From NCBI GenBank assembly GCA_963693365.1, contig CAVNZM010000010.1, positions 9,134,554 to 9,198,553 on the forward strand: a stretch of DNA of 64,000 nucleotides. Reading direction: 5' to 3'. A program made the position numbers and the translations under genes. This DNA is from Amoebidium appalachense (lineage: Eukaryota; Protista; Ichthyosporea). Below, piece after piece: positions 61,092 through 64,000 of the stretch. The notes under the pieces were generated by a model. That model did no database searches and was not told the origin of the DNA. It worked only from the letters and a program-made list of their open reading frames with translations. How positions within the stretch are numbered: the first letter of the stretch is position 1; the number at the start of each line of letters is the position of its first letter.

Positions 61092-62649
61092 CGCGCGCGA
61101 GCACGCGCACGTGTACCCCTCAAAAAAAAAAAAAAAGTGGTGGTAGCAGTGGTATTAGGGCCAGTGCCCGTATGGGGGGCTGTACCGCGGCATCCTCCAG
61201 CAGATAGAACAGGTCCGGGCGCTTTGGGTGGCACAGGCTCAGCACCAGGTCGGGGCCCAGCGTGTCGGCAAAGGCCAGCAGCGTGCCCAGCGCATACACG
61301 TCCACACAGTGCGCACGCAGGCTGGCCACGCTGCACGGCCCCACGTAGGACGTGCGCCGTGTGCGCGCACCGTAGCGCACAAACAGCCGCCGGATATGCA
61401 CTGCTCATAGGGTCAGTCGGGAGGGAGAAGCTGTGCTCGTGCACTGGTGGGGGTGTAAGGGGTGCGGCATGCAGGTCTGCTTGCGTGTGTGTCTCCTATG
61501 TGGAGCAGGGCTGATGCAGTGGTTGTGCATGGGCCTGCACAAGTGTCCCTGACCTGTCTGCTAATCTGCTGTAGAGCTATTCCCTCTCCCAGCGCTTTGC
61601 ACATGCATACGTGTTGCTCGTGCGTGCGATCGCGGAAGCGAATGTGCCAGTGTGCGCGCTGGCGAACACGGGTTTGCGATGTGAATGGGTGTGTGCTTGA
61701 AGTGCACATGGGGGTTTACGCTGTTTTTTATGTGTCTGCTGGCCAGTTTGCATGTGCATGTGCAGCCCAAATGGTAAACGCTAGGTTTGTCTCTTTCTTC
61801 TATATACCCGTCTGTGCTCCCCACATGTACCAAGGCTGTGAGCACACCACAGGTAGCGGGGTGAAAGTGCACACCTTGTTTGCCTCTTGTGCATGTATGA
61901 GCAAATTGTCGAGCTAGAAGCGTGCAGCATCCTAATCAGGGTGTGCTTGTGCACGTGATGCTTTGCATCTCCTTGCGTGCAGGTGCGTGCACAGCTGTGT
62001 GCCTGTGTGCGCATATCCACACCGGGGGTCGCCACAGCACGTACCCTCAGGGGGGGAGCCAGGGGGTCTTCAGGCAGGTTCAAACTGGTCTGCCGCGTGG
62101 GCCGCGCCCGCAGAGTCCTTGGGCCGACCGGCATGGTGGGCACCCTCCTCCGTCGAGGCAGGCACACACAGCGTGCTGTACGTGCGAGTAGGGCCTCCGC
62201 TGGGGGAGGCTTGAGCTGTGCCGCTGAGTCATGACAAGTTGCCCGAGTTTCTCCCCGACGGAGGCACTCAAGGGACTCGCGGACCGCCTCACGGTATCTA
62301 CAGCTGATTGGAGCGGTACGCACCATTATTACCATATTTGGTGTGCAATAAAATCGTGGCTCACTGCATGCGCCGATGATGATGGGTGGGCTTCGAACAG
62401 TGTGCTTCGAACACGGATTGCATGTATGAAGCACGGGCCAGGCAGCCAAGGTGGAAGGAGGGCACTGGCTGCACCCTGCACGCAACAACAGCACTGGGAG
62501 CCAAAGATTTTGGAGTGTCACGTGAGTGCTGAGCGATTGGGAAAGGAACCGGTCACCCTGCCCGACAGTGTACAGGCGGCACATCGTTAGCTAAGGCTTT
62601 TTTGATTTGAAACGGGGAGGGGAGTAGTAGTAAGTTGGGGGGTGGTGGT

Positions 62650-62691
<42 letters not shown>

Positions 62692-63260
62692 GGGGAGGGG
62701 GGGCGGGGAGGGAGGGGAGGGGGGGGGGGGGGGAGGGGGGCACCTCCCCCTCGAAGGCCCCCCCCACCCACCACCCCTCCGCCGGCTGGGGAAGGGGGGG
62801 GGGACACACCACCGCCCAGGGGAGGGGGGAGGGGGGGGCTACCCAAATATGACTAATATATATATAGTATGTATATTGGACACCAACTTGAAAACATATG
62901 GCATTGGCACCTTCTCTACACCCACTAATTGGTATCAATTATCAGGCCCTGGGTCAAATTGGACCTACTTACTAGCTAGCATCCCCCCCCCCCCCCTCCC
63001 CCCCCCCCCCCCCCCCCCCCCCTCCCTCCCTCCCTCCCTCCCTCCCCCCGGAACGACCGCCGGCCCGTGGGGGCCTCCCCTCTCTACGACCCTTAAGATC
63101 TCATACGGAGACCGCAATGGCTGGTTGCTCATGACCACTGATTTTCTCGACAATGTACAGTAAAGCACCCTTGCACACGCAGGCACGCACACGTGCGCGC
63201 ACGCTCTCCAATACGCTCATGATCACAGACTGCCGTAGGGTAATATGCTCTTCCCTGTAT
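54390..63260 (-). CDS. Unidentified multi-exon, alpha-helical/coiled-coil-rich protein; 5' end uncertain, may extend beyond the window
   Basis: GT-AG-bounded exon-like segments: [11 protein letters not shown]...[11 protein letters not shown] (~61150-61410), [10 protein letters not shown] (~59800-59900), [16 protein letters not shown] (~59125-59250), [14 protein letters not shown] (~57890-57995), [19 protein letters not shown] (~57365-57493), [20 protein letters not shown] (~56945-57015), [63 protein letters not shown]. Phasing not fully resolved. Confidence 0.65.
57215..57365. repeat. 36-bp intronic tandem repeat, ~4 copies
   Basis: Unit GTGTGTGTGCATATACATGCTCGTACCATGTCACAC. Confidence 0.8.
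58625..59105. repeat. 26-bp minisatellite containing TTAGGG, grading into a related 24-26-bp unit
   Basis: Unit ATATTAGGGTGTGAATATACAGTGAG, about ten copies to ~58925, then GTGTGGATATACAGTAGCATAGTA variants; lies in an intron of the minus-strand gene. Confidence 0.88.
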
Positions 63261-64000
63261 AATGATGCGTGCGCGCACACGTGGCACACATTCTGAGTGC
63301 CATTTTTCCTCTCTAACTGCTTCCCCTTTAATATTCCCCTCTCCCCCCCCCCCCCCCTCCCCCCCACCACCACCACCATCACACCACCACCCTCTTTTTT
63401 TCGCTCTTTATCCCCCCCCCCCCCCCCCCCCCCTCCGCCTCCCCCCCCCCCCCCCCTCCCCCCCCCCCCCCCCCCCCGTTATATGTCTGACGCAATTTCA
63501 TCCGTGCATCATGCGCCATCATGCATGCTCATCATTTGCAATTGAACAACCGTTCACACACACACACACACACATATATATTATGGCAAGCCAGACACAC
63601 ATGCCACAAAAGGCACTTGCGCGCATGAAGATTTGGGCCAGAGAATTTGGGAGCTCTCCCAATCACTGACACACACACACACAACACACGCACACATATG
63701 CACACAAACGCACACACAGGCAAACACGCACTGAGACACACATGCACAGTGACACCCACACGTGTGCACACACCCTCTTCTCTAGCACACACGTGAACCC
63801 ATGTAATTTTGCACATGCTAAGCGCATTGCGTCTACACAGCTTGCACATGTGGCACGACGTTTACTTGCACACTGTCAGGCCACCACAGTGATTAGCAGT
63901 GCCGAATGCCCACCCACCTTAAGGACACATACACACACGGTCCCACGTCTACACGGCACAAAAGTTGCAGACACACACTCCCAGTGACATGTTGTGCATG

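Overview
Eukaryotic nuclear DNA with GT-AG introns full of (CA)n/(GT)n microsatellites and poly-G/C runs; most supplied ORFs are low-complexity noise. Hand splicing gives, in order: (1) RPB7, +, 7 exons; (2) a secreted fungal-type S41 peptidase pseudogene, -, with a 5'-truncated LINE and a TTAA-flanked MITE inserted in its exons; (3) copper chaperone CCS, +, 8 exons; (4) a secreted EGF-tyrosinase pseudogene, +; (5) a ~390-aa disordered protein, +, 3 exons, carrying both a Vestigial/TONDU motif (SVDDHFARSL) and a YAP-type omega loop (PLRERKLPASFF) but no WW domain; (6) a head-to-head pair of intronless paralogues of an unrecognised Cys/His family; (7) a divergent, probably mitochondrial HslU lacking the GYVG pore loop and canonical Walker B but keeping the HslV-activating tail; (8) an unidentified multi-exon helical protein, -. 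The gene mix suggests a unicellular holozoan such as an ichthyosporean (inference). The best leads are the TONDU+omega-loop TEAD cofactor candidate, the degenerate HslU and the paralogue pair. All family calls rest on motif recognition by eye; no searches were run.
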